Shown here: positions 14,786 to 28,600 of the stretch, in pieces
How positions within the stretch are numbered: position 1 is the first letter of the stretch
How the letters are laid out: each line of letters starts with the position of its first letter
Assembly (NCBI GenBank): GCA_965285935.1
Contig: OZ260666.1
Location: 682,001-746,000, forward strand
Direction: 5' to 3'
Length of the DNA: 64,000 nt
From: Ophelia neglecta
Lineage: Eukaryota
Notes under the pieces: generated by a model
What the model saw: only the letters and a program-made list of their open reading frames with translations
Database searches by the model: none
Told to the model about the DNA's origin: nothing
Translations under genes and position numbers: made by a program

Positions 14786-15171
14786 ATGTGGCGGTGATAC
14801 TGGCATACTTCTTCTACTACTGGTGATTTAACACAATAATTATTATTTATTATTGGAACTGACGTCGTATTATAAATCTTTTCATTTCACATAATTTCTC
14901 CCTAGTAGTGTAAAATGGGTATTAGAATGTTTCTTATTGGCACTACGCGAAAGTAAATGGTATTTGCTGTTAATCATCCTTGCATGGATTATTTTTGTTT
15001 TTCCTTTTTTCAGACTTATTTGCCCTTACTACGTTAAGTGTACAAGATTTTGATTCCTGAACCAGGTTTTTCCTTAAAGACTAGGCTGAAGTTTACACCA
15101 TGATTTGAACAAGGCGTGATAAGAAATGACAACCTGGTTAAATATGGCTGGTCCAGTTTTCCCTCACACAT

Positions 15172-15395
15172 TAGGGCGTGGGCGGGACCCGAGGATTGAG
15201 AGGTCTAACTATGAGCGGGGACCCGGGGTGGAAAGGTCTGACCGTGGACGGGGACCTCCGACCTGGGCCGGGCTCGAACTCGGGATGGAGAGGTCTAGCC
15301 TTGAGCGGGGCGGGGACGTATGAACTGGGCGTGGGCGAGGACCCGGGGTGTAGAGGTATGACCGGGGTCAGAGATCCAGGGTTTTAGAGGTCTAC
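15172..15395. repeat. GC-rich degenerate tandem repeat
   Basis: GGGACCCGGGGTGGAGAGGTCT-like units. Confidence 0.65.
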
Positions 15396-18065
15396 ATTAC
15401 ATTACCAGACATTACCTGTCGCAAGGTTTTCGTCAGAATTTAAGCTTGGACGTATAGAATAGGGCCATGTGTTTTCTTTCGATTATTTTGTCAAATTGAT
15501 TTAATAATATATGAATGGTTCTCTATAGTCGTCTATAGTCTTGTCATTCCGTACAATATAATATACCCACGAACAGGTAGGGCTTACTTATTGTTTAACT
15601 GTGGTTAAATGAGAGTGTGGATTTAGTCAACGCACACCCTGATTAGCCCTGAACAAACATAATCCCATCGATGTTGACGCTCAGCCGACTGACTTGTTGA
15701 CAGCCAACTCATTAACTTGTATTTGTATAGGCCGCCAGGTGGCCTGAAACCTGCACTGCCTGTGATTGCGTAGTACCAGCATGAAGGGCGCCACTCTAAA
15801 AGGCAGAATTCCCGTCTCGTCTTGTCGTATTGCTGATGGAGTGTGTGTTATTTTATCCTTGGTAAACATTCATTCATCTTATATTCATAGTTTAGTGAAC
15901 ATGTCGAGTCGCTCAGTGCACTCTATGTTAAGGGCCTATGTGTCAATCTGTAGGCCATATTTCACCCTTTCCAGTTTCTTTTTGAACTAAGAACAAAGCC
16001 TCGAATGTATTGGCACATTATACATTACTTGTATGGTTAAGGATATGAAGCCGCTGTATAAACCTCTGATGCTATTTACTGTCGACTGTTAATGACATTC
16101 ACATATCATTGCCTATCTTATTAACTTGTAATCATAGGGTATACAGATATATTTGCCTTCGTTTTCGGGCAGAATATATCTTGCCACATTAATGTACTGT
16201 AAGTGGTGAGTTGCCTGAAAGCCCAATATGTCCTCGATTAGTAAAACAATAAACAAAAATAAATTCCTCGTTACATTTGTAAATTAAATTTTACGATCGA
16301 AAAGAAATAATACCCTCTTTCTCTTTAATATGCAGCACTTTTTACGCCCCTCTTTGGTTTTGTGTTTGTTGAGACAACTGCATGTTTAGTCTCTAAAATT
16401 ACGAGAGAGCTTAGACTCTCTATGGACATATTTCGTCTTCGTCCTATGGTGACCACTGACTCGCTTGTTTTGCGCTCTGACTCACAACTATTGAGTACTT
16501 CTAAATACAAGTGATATAAAAAAAATACCTTTTTGCTTTGCTCAACAGGTTAATTTACTGTTTGGGAGTTGGGGATTGTTGTATGAAGGCCAGTGGCTGT
16601 TGATTCTGATGTTTATGTCTGTACTTGATTTATAACATTATAGATAGTTTGATTATTTATGTCTGGGTGGCCGGCCATGTTTGTCGGTGTGCGCACTACG
16701 CTGTTCATTTTATGAAGTGTAAGTTATAATTATGACTAATGCCATAAGTAGTATATGTGTTTAAGTAGTATGATATTGGTAATTAAGGTGCCAAAGGTTT
16801 CAGGTTTAATTGACTTTGCTTGGTTAATGTCTTTGCTTTGTTTGCTGAGGTATCCACTTCCGTTTTTTATTCAATGAAAAATATGGTCTCGTTTGAAAAG
16901 TGAGAAACACATATAGTACAAGATTTGTTGGCTGTCAGTCGACCGATTTATTGACAGTTTGTGGTTAACGCCGCATTTTACGTGGAACGCGTTTTTGTGG
17001 CTGTGTGACAGCTCCACTCGAAAAGGACAAGTGTCTCGGCTGCTTGGTTTCCTGATGAATTGTGGGCATGTTTGCTGGGTAAACATTCATTTTATTATAT
17101 TCTCAGTCGTGCGACTTTCTTCAGGCAGTCTCCTACTGTGATCTAAGAGTTGGGCTTGCCCGTTACCTTATGGACACTAGATAAAGGTCATGTTATTGGA
17201 GTCCCGGAGATTTCAGTACTTCCAGACCGATGGATACTGTTTAGTGGCAACGCACGCCGGACCCCCTACAGGGACTGGTTAGGAATGCTACGTGCTTTAA
17301 CCACCGCGGAGATTTTATTGCTTCGTCCCCTGATACTTAATAGTCAATATATTAACCATCAATACACCACTCATTCTCAGCGACTGGAAATCACAAAACA
17401 CTCTATTTGTAGAATTGTAGCCTTGGGGGACGGATCAGGGACGGGGCCCTTGCCCGGGACAGGGAGGATTGTAGCCCAGGGGACCCAGCTGAGAGAGGCC
17501 TTGCCATGCATACTTCAGCCTGGGGACAGACCTAAAAGTACCCTTGCCATGGATGTGGCGGTTAATGTTTGGCTTCCATGACTACAGTAGCTAGTTAATG
17601 GAAACCATAATTCATGGACTTGACAATTAATGCCGAGGTAGACCATATAGTATGATATCACGATATAAAATCGAACGTGACACGGCGCAAACAGCTCTCT
17701 GTTAGGTTACACAACGGGGAGGCTTCCAATCTGTCCGACCCTCTCATATCTTACAGTTACATACTTACAGTTAACAGAATTAGTGGCAGACACGACGGAC
17801 ATATATTACCATCAGATCATTATCCAGCGTAAGCTTTAATATAAAACATTCAAGGATCGTAGTGAACTGTTTGTATAGCATCATACCATTCTTGTCAAAG
17901 CTAGTTACACTAAGGACGGGCTATATTGAGTGGATTATGTACTCAATACTCCGTAATCTACAGTCACCAGTCATTGACAGCGCAGTGTTTGGGTTGACTC
18001 TTTGACTCTGATTACGTTGATTACGTTGATTACGTTGATTACGTTTGTGATGATTTGCCGGTGAG

Positions 18066-18185
18066 ATGTCTCGGATCGCGAGTCAGAGCGGGGCAGGGGC
18101 GGAGGCTGGACGGTCTTACCACGGCCTAGATCCCGAGTACAAAGACATAGGATTGGTCACCTGCATTTGTGAGATCTTTGGACTC
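18066..18185 (+). CDS. Candidate alternative first coding exon C of the DPP gene (MSRIASQSGAGAEAGRSYHGLDPEYKDIGLVTCICEIFGL)
   Basis: 40 codons with GC-rich coding-like composition; CTC|gtaagt donor in phase 0. Confidence 0.65.
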
Positions 18186-18499
18186 GTAAGTAAATACATA
18201 CATCATTTCAGTATACTTTCCACTAACTGTGTGTCCCGCTTTCTTTGAAAATTGGGACTAGGTTCCGATTGCGTTGTGCCAAAGGTGTCTCATTTTTATT
18301 TAGTAAGCTAAACTTAAATAGGTGTCCTGCAATGTGTGCCCAGTAATCTACTCTGCTTAGTTTCCGAATAAAATGGGATCTTCATTGTCAGTAACAGCGC
18401 ATTAATCATGGACATCTCTTCAGACACTGGTTCTTTTAGAGAATATTTTTGATTTTTGATTTGAAAATAATTCTATCATCTAAATGAATTAACTCCACA

Positions 18500-18715
18500 A
18501 CCAAACCAAACTCCACAGTGGACTTTTTAACCCCACCAAACTGCACTTTCCCGTGGATTTTAAAAACACCAAACGCACACTCCCGTGGATTCATACGCCA
18601 CCAAACCCCACTCTCCCTTGGGATTTAATCCCACCAGGCCTGTGGGTTTTAACCCCACCAAACCCCACTTTGCTATGGGTTTTTATCCCGCCGGACCCTA
18701 CTCTCCCCTGGGCTT
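18500..18715. repeat. Degenerate tandem repeat
   Basis: CCCCACCAAACCCCACT...GTGGATTTTAA units. Confidence 0.65.
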
Positions 18716-19059
18716 CATATATGATTTCACAAGGTTTCTTATGCACAATGACGGCGAGGGCCTGTCAGTATACAACATGTTATTGTCTTCACTGCCGGCC
18801 GTTATCAGCAGGTCCCGTGTACAACGTCCGTCGGTCGTTATCGTAAACAGTCACACCAGCAACTAAAAACTAACATATCAAGTGATGTTTAATGTTATAT
18901 CCACCGCCGTCTGTTTATATTGAACACATGTTCTGCGGACGAATTATTTTACTGTCGAATTAAGGCTTGAGCCGTATAATCAGCGTACAGATAGTAATAA
19001 CATCTACACAGTGGATTATAGTATATATGTAGCTGATCATAATCTTTAAACCGACCGTT

Positions 19060-19400
19060 AATTATTTTCAGTATACTGTTTATTATTATTTGTATATAGC
19101 TGTTTATTATGGCTTTACATATGATTATAATCCCAATACAGTTAATCATGATATGTACTCAGCTAATAATAATAAGTCTACAGCAGATAGTGTAATTAAT
19201 ACTCCGTATACAGCTAATTATACCCTGTATACAGCTGATTATACTCTGTAAACAGCTAATTATACTCTGTATATAGCTGATTATACACTGTATATTGCTA
19301 ATTATACTCTGTAAACAGCTAATTATACTCTGTAAACAGCTGATTATACCCTGAATACAGTTGATTATAATAGGTATATAGCTGATTATACTCTCTCTAT
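19060..19400. repeat. 21-bp minisatellite
   Basis: ACAGCTRATTATACTCTGTAW units. Confidence 0.85.
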
Positions 19401-20519
19401 ATATTATAATATATTCTATTTCTCCGATAACATGCATACAAAAACAATACACACAATTGCATAGTGAAAATAACAATATTAAATAGACAAGTAAAAATTA
19501 ACGAAGGAAAGATGACCAGGAAAATACAGCCCGAGTAGAGATTGAACATGGCTCTGTGATTCTCGTGGTTTGGCGGAAGTCTGATCCGTGTGTATCATTG
19601 ACTTCCCCAGTGGCACTCTCCGCCCTATCGTAACATGACTCCTTCTATCGGCGCCGTTTGTAATTCCCTCCCATATCGTACAGCTGGACCTGCCACTCTG
19701 ACCCTGTCCTTGCCGTACCGTAACATGACTCCTCCTATCGGCGCTGTGTGTAACTCCACCCATATCATACTCTGTACCTGCCACTCATATTGCTCATCTG
19801 TGGGACTATACTCACCGCGGCACCTGTGGCGTGTGGGCCCGGTATCTACGAAATATGCATGGCGCTCGACCTAGGCGTTCCGACGACTTAATATACGTCT
19901 CTGCCGAGCAGTGTATTTGATTTTATGTATGTCTTACTGAGGTACTGCTGAGAACGAGTCTTATGTTGTGACGTCCAAGAAATACCTCGCTCCCGTCTGT
20001 AGCTCGGAGAACTCTCAGGGGAGATGTTTAGAGATAACACGTGTTTATATACAACAAACGTACTCACTCTGGCTCTGACTGGGACTGACTCGCGCCCTTC
20101 TGAGGTGGTACCAGGTGTGTGGCTCGGTTATAAGTATACAACCAGGTAGCCTCTCGAGGCGGATTAGGGAGCATCTCATGTAATGGAACCTTTGTGAGAG
20201 GACAGTTGACAAGGTTTAACTGGGTGGAGAACAAACATAATAGAGGTATACCCATATAAATACCTCGAGTGTGGAACTGTAGGTGTTTCCTATAGAATTA
20301 AGGATTGTCAATGACCGGGCTGTTGGTATTTGAGCTATGGGTGTTCTTCAAGGATTAAGGATTATCAGTGACCAAGCTGGTTTGGATTTGTAATAGACGC
20401 CACTGACAGACGACCGAAGTTTATCTTATTATTTAAGTGTATGAGTGTCGGCCAGCTGCCAGTATCAATCCGCCACGATACAAATCCAGTCTGAGTGTAC
20501 AGGTACACCGCTACATGTC

Positions 20520-21795
20520 CACTAGGCTGGTATTGCAGCTATACACTGTTACAATACACCGCTACAAGCCCCATTGGGCTGGTATCGCCGAAAAGCCTGG
20601 TACTGTATACCGTTACTGACCTCACTGTGCTGGTATCGTCGCTATAGCCTGTTACGTTACACCTCCAAAGACCTTACTGAGCTGGTATCGACTATCCACT
20701 GGTACTCTTCCCCGCTACAGGTCTGACTGGGCTGATATCGCAGCTAAAGCCTGGTTTTCTAACTTGCTACAGGCCTGACTGGGCTGATATCGTAGCTAAA
20801 GCCTGGTTTTCTACCTTGCTACAGGCCTGACTGGGCTGATATCGCAGCTAAAGCCTGGTTTTCTACCTTGCTACAGGCCTGACTGGGCTGATATCGTAGC
20901 TAAAGCCTGGTTTTCTACCTTGCTACAGGCCTGACTGGGCTGATATCGTAGCTAAAGCCTGGTTTTCTACCTTGCTACAGGCCTTGTCTGGGCTGATATC
21001 GTAGCTAAAGCCTGGTTTTCTACCTTGCTACAGGCCTGACTGGGCTGATATCGTAGCTAAAGCCTGGTTTTCTACCTTGCTACAGGCCTGACTGGGCTGA
21101 TATCGTAGCTAAAGCCTGGTTTTCTACCTTGCTACAGGCCTGACTGGGGTCGTATCGCAGTTAAAGCCTAGTTCTCTACCTTGCTATAGACCTGACTGGG
21201 CTGATATCGTAGCTAAAGCCTGGTTTTCTACCTTGCTACAGGCCTGACTGGGCTGATATCGTAGCTAAAACCTGGTTTTCTACCTTGCTACAGGCCTGAC
21301 TGGGCTGATATCGTAGCTAAAACCTGGTTTTCTACCTTGCTACAGGCCTGACTGGGGTCGTATCGCAGTTAAAGCCTAGTTCTCTACCTTGCTATAGACC
21401 TGACTGGGCTGATATCGTAGCTAAAGCCTGGTTTTCTACCTTGCTACAGGCCTGACTGGGCTGATATCGTAGCTAAAGCCTGGTTTTCTACCTTGCTACA
21501 GGCCTGACTGGGGTCGTATCGCAGTTAAAGCCTAGTTCTCTACCTTGCTATAGACCTGACTGGGCTGATATCGTAGCTAAAGCCTGGTTTTCTACCTTGC
21601 TACAGGCCTGACTGGGCTGATATCGTAGCTAAAGCCTGGTTTTCTACCTTGCTACAGGCCTGACTGGGGTCGTATCGCAGTTAAAGCCTAGTTCTCTACC
21701 TTGCTATAGACCTGACTTGGCTGGTACCGCATCCAAAGCCTGGTACTCTACCTTGCTACAGGCCTCAGTGGGCTGGTATCGCAACTATAGCCTGC
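20520..21795. repeat. 52-bp satellite
   Basis: CTACCTTGCTACAGGCCTGACTGGGCTGATATCGTAGCTAAAGCCTGGTTTT; homogeneous 20710-21780 with degenerate edges. Confidence 0.96.
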
Positions 21796-22451
21796 GATAA
21801 GGTACCTCAGTCATACAGAGCTCTTTATCTACCTTCCAGCCGGATTTCACCCTACCAATGTACTGTACTCTTCCGGGATCTCCTGCAGTTATCTGCCGTC
21901 TCTTAGCCTTGAACCGAACTCAGATATCAGAATCGCACAGGGTTAAATATGTCTTAACCAGTTTTGTCTGCCTAGTGATCGAGCCTCATTTCACTAAGTA
22001 ATCGACCATAATATTCAACTCTCTCAGGTGCAAACTGTTGCAACAAATTGTGGAGCTCTATTTATAATTCGTAAGGAAGGTGACTTCATTGCTAGGATAT
22101 CGACAATTTGGAATCTATCGGCATGTTATGAATATTCGCCACTACGAATATATAATGCTATTTGTTATTTATAGTCTATAATAAGAACATGGGCTAGGAC
22201 TAGGTTAGGTGTATCCACTGCTAGGTAAACACGTTGTTTTGTACAGGAAGTGTCACTGAAGGCCTTTCCAGTGTATTCACTTTCACCCGAAGAAAATAAA
22301 ACGCGTCAAACTGGTTGTATGAGATCACATGCCGATATGAATTAACTAGCTGAGGATAACAATGACTTACAAAAGACAAGTGGAAGCCGCACTTCATTAC
22401 GTTGTGAAATTGTTTGTACAAGTGTATAATTAAACCAAGCCTCTTTCCAAA

Positions 22452-22604
22452 ATGAACGCCGCTGTCATTTCCACCATGAACGAGCCTCGCTGGTTGAGGT
22501 TTAAACGGGAGGTTATGCTGTCCAAACAAAATCAGGCGACTACTAAACAAGGAGAGTCAGCTCCGGTCCAGAACGCCAACTCGAAGAAACATGCCACGCA
22601 AAAG
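22452..22604 (+). CDS. Candidate alternative first coding exon D of the DPP gene (MNAAVISTMNEPRWLRFKREVMLSKQ...KHATQK)
   Basis: aaaATG start, 51 codons, AAG|gtaaga donor in phase 0. Confidence 0.65.
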
Positions 22605-22773
22605 GTAAGAGAGCCAGTGAACACTATCAGCACGGGATTGGATACCCGACACACAGCCGAAATCATCAACGAGAACATGGCATTAAATCGGGCGAAAAAA
22701 TCAGGAAACGTCCCCTTCAGGCTTATGAACTAAATGAAATTTGGAGGAAAGCAAAGGCTTGATCAGTCATATA

Positions 22774-22942
22774 CAGTGAAACCTGTCTTAAAGACCACCT
22801 CTATAATCAGACCACCTGTCAATTCAGACCACTTATGTGCTGTATACTTTTAATGTTAAATAGCCTGTGTATACAGACCACCTCTGAAATCAGACCAGCA
22901 TTTTCCAGTCCCTTCAGTGGTCTTAATTCACAGGTTTCACTG
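22774..22942. mobile_element. Tc1/mariner (pogo-like) MITE
   Basis: TA|CAGTGAAACCTGT...ACAGGTTTCACTG|TA with internal AGACCAC repeats. Confidence 0.85.
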
Positions 22943-25567
22943 TATATATATAATCCGAGTAGTATAAATTGTACACTGGGCCAATAGATAAGAGACAAGT
23001 TATGATTAAGGCTCAGCTTTCTCCGCCCCTCAGATATTGCTATCCCCGTTTGAGAAAGCCACGGATTCAATGCTTATTATGTAAAGGACGCTAACGACTT
23101 TCGATGCGGGAAGCATATTCTTTGAATAGGGCCTACAATAATCTTTTCTTTGAGGCCGTAGATTCGAATAGTCGCTATAGTGCAGATTCAAATAGAAGGC
23201 TTAATTGACCTACAGGCATGAATCTAATAGGGCTACTGGGTTCTAACAACGTTCAACAACAAACACTGTGTAACATATATACTTAAACTTTCGCTGTTAA
23301 ATACTATCTTCAAACCCTAGAAAGAGAGTATATTACGAAGATATATTATGAAGATTGATGCCAATTCAATTCTAAGTATAGTAAACGTAGTTGTAAAGCG
23401 ATCTATAAACATTGTGAATCGTGGACCCAAGTCCAGCGGGCTATTGTGGTTTGAAACAATCGAAATGCAACCACATATTTCCCGGGTATTGATAAACGCG
23501 TGGTTTGCCGTGAAAAAGAATGGCCCTCATTTCCACGTATTTGCCCGTAATTGCCTTCGGCCCAATCCAATCCACGAGAATTGCCCTTGATTCCCCCTTG
23601 CATGGCCTGCCGGGACCCCCCCCCCCCTGCCACGTCCTGCCTACGTAATCACCACTATATTCTTTTTAATACCTGTATGAATAGGACTATTGCCTAATTC
23701 CATTTGGTCCCTGTATATATATGACAACTGCCTAATATAATTTGGTCACTGTATGTTTGATTATGTAAATCGCGCACAGTGATAATAACATATAGCTGGC
23801 GTTGATCTTCGTAAGTACGCAAATAATTTTTTTTACCAGAACCATAAATATATATTCATATATGTTCGACTGTATCATCTTTTGGAATGCATATTATATT
23901 AGGTCGATTGAAAGGACTGCTACAATTTTCCCCGTTACATTCTCCGATATTGGGGTATTAACTCGTTTATATAGTTTGTCATAAAGACTCATGTAATAAG
24001 TCTGTTTTATTGGCTGTATAATCCAGTTTGACCCATCTCATGCTTCTATCGTTTGGTCGTGGACAGCCATTTTAAGTGGGCGCTGGTACCTTTGACCATG
24101 GACTCTCCTAGGTCATATTTTATCATCGTTCTGCTTTGGCTACTGACTACTGTTTGTGGTCTGGCTTCTATCATGGGGACTGTTGACAGCTTCTCTTTTA
24201 CTGATCATATTAAACTCATCGAAGTTCAATGTTACTGAGGTAATGTAATGTTTGGCTTTATATTTATTAGCGCCGCAGAGCTGTTATGATACACCAAGCT
24301 CAACAGATGTTCTGATACACAATACTCTGGTTTTAAAAAACGCTATATCATCTCCAGATGTGTAGTCAAGGCAACCACTGACTGTCTAAGTACGCCCCGC
24401 TGATATCATCCGAAAATACCATGTTGTGAGAGGTTCGGAGAGATTAAACCCATTGTGTTTATTTATTTTCTCGTTGCCTGTACACACTTTGAGGCATACT
24501 GTCGATATGAGCGTTCAGTACGAGTTCAATAGACAGCCTGATGCTGTTTGTCGAGGGTTAGTTAACCGTGCGAGTCTAGTACACTCTTATCTTCAGGGGA
24601 AAGCTGCAAGTGCAAGTCTCCGTCACTGTTTCCTATTTTATCTGTCGAGTAGGAGTGCTTTCTTCGAATTTACGCTGTCCGGAACGATAGAAACCCGGAA
24701 ATGTATTTCTATTCCGTTTTACAACCAATACAACTTTCATCATACAACAGAGATGATGAGATGAGAGGCACTCCTGGCGAAATATCACCCAACTCATATT
24801 GCGGACTGGGTGTTCCATGATAACATTGACATGACAAATCCCTTTTCACCTCTAGTAAACTCTCCGGTTGTAATACCAGTGATTGGGCATGATGTACCCT
24901 TAAAGAAGTTAATATTACTATTTCAAAGTTGTGTCACATTAACATATTGTTACGTTTGTCTCTTATCGAGTTTTACCGTGTCAAGGTTACCAATGTCACT
25001 TTTGACTTGTGTCCCTAATTCCTCCTGTTACGTTTGCCCCTTGTTTATTTTTTTTATTTTTTTTTCTGCCAAACTATGTGAATTTGATACTACCTGCTTT
25101 CAACACTACGTTGGCCTTAAGATTATATTTACACTGTCCCAATCGTTGATTTACCAATAGGGTGAAAAGCAAAATATATTATGTTTTGAATATATATGTT
25201 GTTGATATGCCAATATATATATAATATACTATACATTGGATGACATTAAATGTGTCAAGTTATATTCTCTTCGGCTACTTGTATTCTGACTCTTGCACTA
25301 AAATATAGTACATGAACAGTTATTTTCCGATTCTTACATTAGTAAAAAGAGGTGCAATGAACTATTCTGAATCTAGCCCTTACACAATGATCAATCAAAC
25401 TGAAAGTTAAATTCGTCTTTCGACGCCATGCTATAGTAAACACACAGTTATATTCGTTTTCCTTGGCCATGAAGTAGTAAACACAGCGTTATATTCGTTA
25501 TCCTACGTTATGACACAGTAAACACCGACTTATATTTTGATTAACGCACTGTGTTGGTATTTTCCAG

Positions 25568-25682
25568 GAGTTGGTTGGGTCTGGCCCGGATGAACGTAAC
25601 TGGCGAGGGATCTTTATCTCGATACTGGTCATCCTCGTAGTCCTCAGCCTCATCCTCACGGCCATCATCCTCGTCACGCCAA
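25568..25682 (+). CDS. DPP exon 2: juxtamembrane segment and signal-anchor TM ([38 protein letters not shown])
   Basis: tttccag acceptor and A|gtaagt donor; closely resembles the DPP6/DPP10 segment RNWKGIAIALLVIL...LTP. Confidence 0.93.
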
Positions 25683-28600
25683 GTAAGTAATCCGTCCATA
25701 TCACACTGGAAGCCTTTAACATTGATCACATACTCTTAGACAGCTTTATAAGTTCTTAATAAGATCAAATGAAGGATTTGCTGAGAACGTCCATGGCTTA
25801 TTGAATCTTTTACAGAATACCCATAAAAGATAACACACACAGCTAAACAAATGAACTTAAACATTTTATTCCCAAGCTTGAGTCGAGCCATAATGGATCA
25901 AAATTATCGTCAGTTAGAAAGAATGTAATACTTCCCAATTCTTAATTAAAACCGACACAAAAATATACAGTTCATCTGAACATTTGCGTCATGTTTAAGT
26001 TTACTTTCATCCATTCACTTCCTTTCATTTACATTTAGTGGGTAAGTATGAGTTAGATTCCCCGACAGGTGTGACTCGAGAACGTAACGAGCCCTTACAT
26101 CGGTATCCAGTCGTAGTAGATGACAATGTGATCTTTGTGTATGTCCCCGGTGGCCACTAGTCATCCAGAAGTGTGTAGAATCATACCCCGTCTCGTGACA
26201 AGTGATAGTTAAGAGACTGACTGTGTACACTGTACCGTGTATATGTCTGGACTGGTCCTTGTTATGTATACAGAGCTCCTAGTGTGTTCCAAATGACCTT
26301 TAGTACCAACATTTATCTCTCTTGAGGGCCTTTAATATTATACAGAGTTGTACTGATGTTTCATCTGGCCCTCAGAAATGTTATCAAATACAATAAGCAA
26401 TGTATATGTTTAGCGCATACCGAGCTGTATGTATGTTTGACTGGCCGTTAATTTGTACACCGAATGATGCATATGTCGGCCTGGCCATTAATATGTATGT
26501 CTAGATGTAAGTATGTTTGGACTGGTCCATGATAATATAAGGAATTGTGTCTATGTATGGGCTGGTCCTTGATATGTGTACTGAGCTATGTTTGTCTTGA
26601 ATGCTCATTGATATGTGTACCGAATTATGCGTATTTATGGACTGACCAGAACTCTGTTTAGCTAGCTATATTATCATGTTGGGCTGACCGTATAGATTAA
26701 CTGGAAACATGCATGTAAATGAACTATAAAAAACATATGGAACGGCTAATGTACAACATCGCCTTAATATTAAGATAGCAGAAGTCTACCAAAAGCTATA
26801 TATAAACTTATATCTAATATATCTAGCAACTGTATGTATAGCCTAGTCGACAGCATGAACCATTTCTAAGTTATAAACTAATGTTGAAATTATTTTGGTT
26901 ATAACTGTAACTGGTATACAGACAAGCCCTTCATTTTGTACCATTTAACAGAAGCTGATACAACACTGTCTTAGCAGTCGTAGTGACATCTTACTATACT
27001 GGGTAATTGGCGGAAAGCCAAGTTATTGATTCCCAATAATAACCATCAGGCCAGGGTAGAAAGTTTAAAACATCTTGCAATCGACTGGTTTTTTTTATCA
27101 ATTACCAGTTAGACAAGACATTATTATAACTAGACTGATATCAAGAAATCAGAGTGCTTATTTAGGATTTAAGGCAGAATAAGACCTCAGATGCCGTGTA
27201 TTCCGCCGACTAGTATGTCCGTGTCAGCCCTGTGTCCGTCCTTGGTTACCGTATCATCACACATGTATATCGTGACACTTACATATTAGTGATCTGCTTC
27301 CAGACACTACGAGCGTCACCATGGGAGAGCCGTTTACATTTGAAGACATGATGGGTGATGAGTTTAAAGCACAGAGCTTTGATGCCATGTGGGTGGGAGG
27401 TGAGACTTGATATTTGGTTTATTTAATCTCTATCTTTTTCCTTCCCATTATATTGTATCAAGAGGCGAATCTTTACATGTGATTGTAATAGTTTTCCTTA
27501 TTAAAGTAAGTAGATCGTTAAGGTAGTTTGAGATTGATTTTCTTATTGTTGCCACACATATGATTTATATATACAATTATAAAATGATTAAATATTTACA
27601 TTAGATGCCTTCTCATGGGTGGTTTCCATGCTAGCGTTCAACGTTTGAACTTAATTGAAATCTCCTAGATACATTTTGAATTTAACTCTTAAATTTATAC
27701 AATTTTGTTTTAATTATATACTGAACGACCTATTATATTTTTGCCAGCCAATTCATGTATTACCTGTCTGAATAAATAAAATGTCAATGTCAATGTTAAT
27801 TGTGAGAGGATCACAGGGCTCTGGCGCGGACTAATCGGGGCCTTTTCATTGCAGAGAGTGATACCTATGTGTACAGGTCCCGGGAGAGCGAGCTGATGGC
27901 CTACAGCGCCCAGGACAATGACACCACCGTGCTCATGGACAATCACACATTTGTAAGCCAATGGATAACTTAGAAAACTCCATCTACCTTATCATGGTGC
28001 TAAACGAACCAAGTCCGTTATCACTCGATATATTCACCTGTCTCGTTATGTATCTGACCTGCATGCATTAACCTAGCAAATGATCAGCAATACTACTATC
28101 GTGATGAGTAATCATACTACACAGCTAATGAGTTATTATACTAGTTCTGTGCAGAGTTACTATACTTCTTTTGTAATGGGTGATTTTATTTCTTTTGTGA
28201 TGGGTTATTATACTTCTTTTGTGATGGGTTATTATACTATTACTGTGATACGGTGTTAAAGGGAGCTGTCTAGCAGCCGCGATGCGGCTCTAGAGTGAGC
28301 TATATAAGTAACTCGTGTGTGCATATGAAGCAAATAGTACAGAAGTTAATGGATAACAACCAAAGGTTCCTGTAAATTGATTTGGATGTTTTTTCCGATG
28401 TGCCCTGTGAATAACCTTCATTTTCGCTCATAAGTGTTCGTATCATTCTTATCTAAAACTACGTACATTTCGTTTTAGTATTATTAAAATCAATTCGTAT
28501 GCAGTAAACTCTCCCTACATCGACCCTCGAATTAGGGTAGTGTTATTATTGGTGTCGGCGTTATAAACATAGTGTAAGTCTCTGTAAGTTTTGCGATAAG

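Noticed and set aside
7999-17637. Further tiny phase-0 first-exon candidates (MLLFIAK at about 7999; MDLTINAE at about 17614)
   Set aside because: Weak donors and Kozak contexts; expected by chance.
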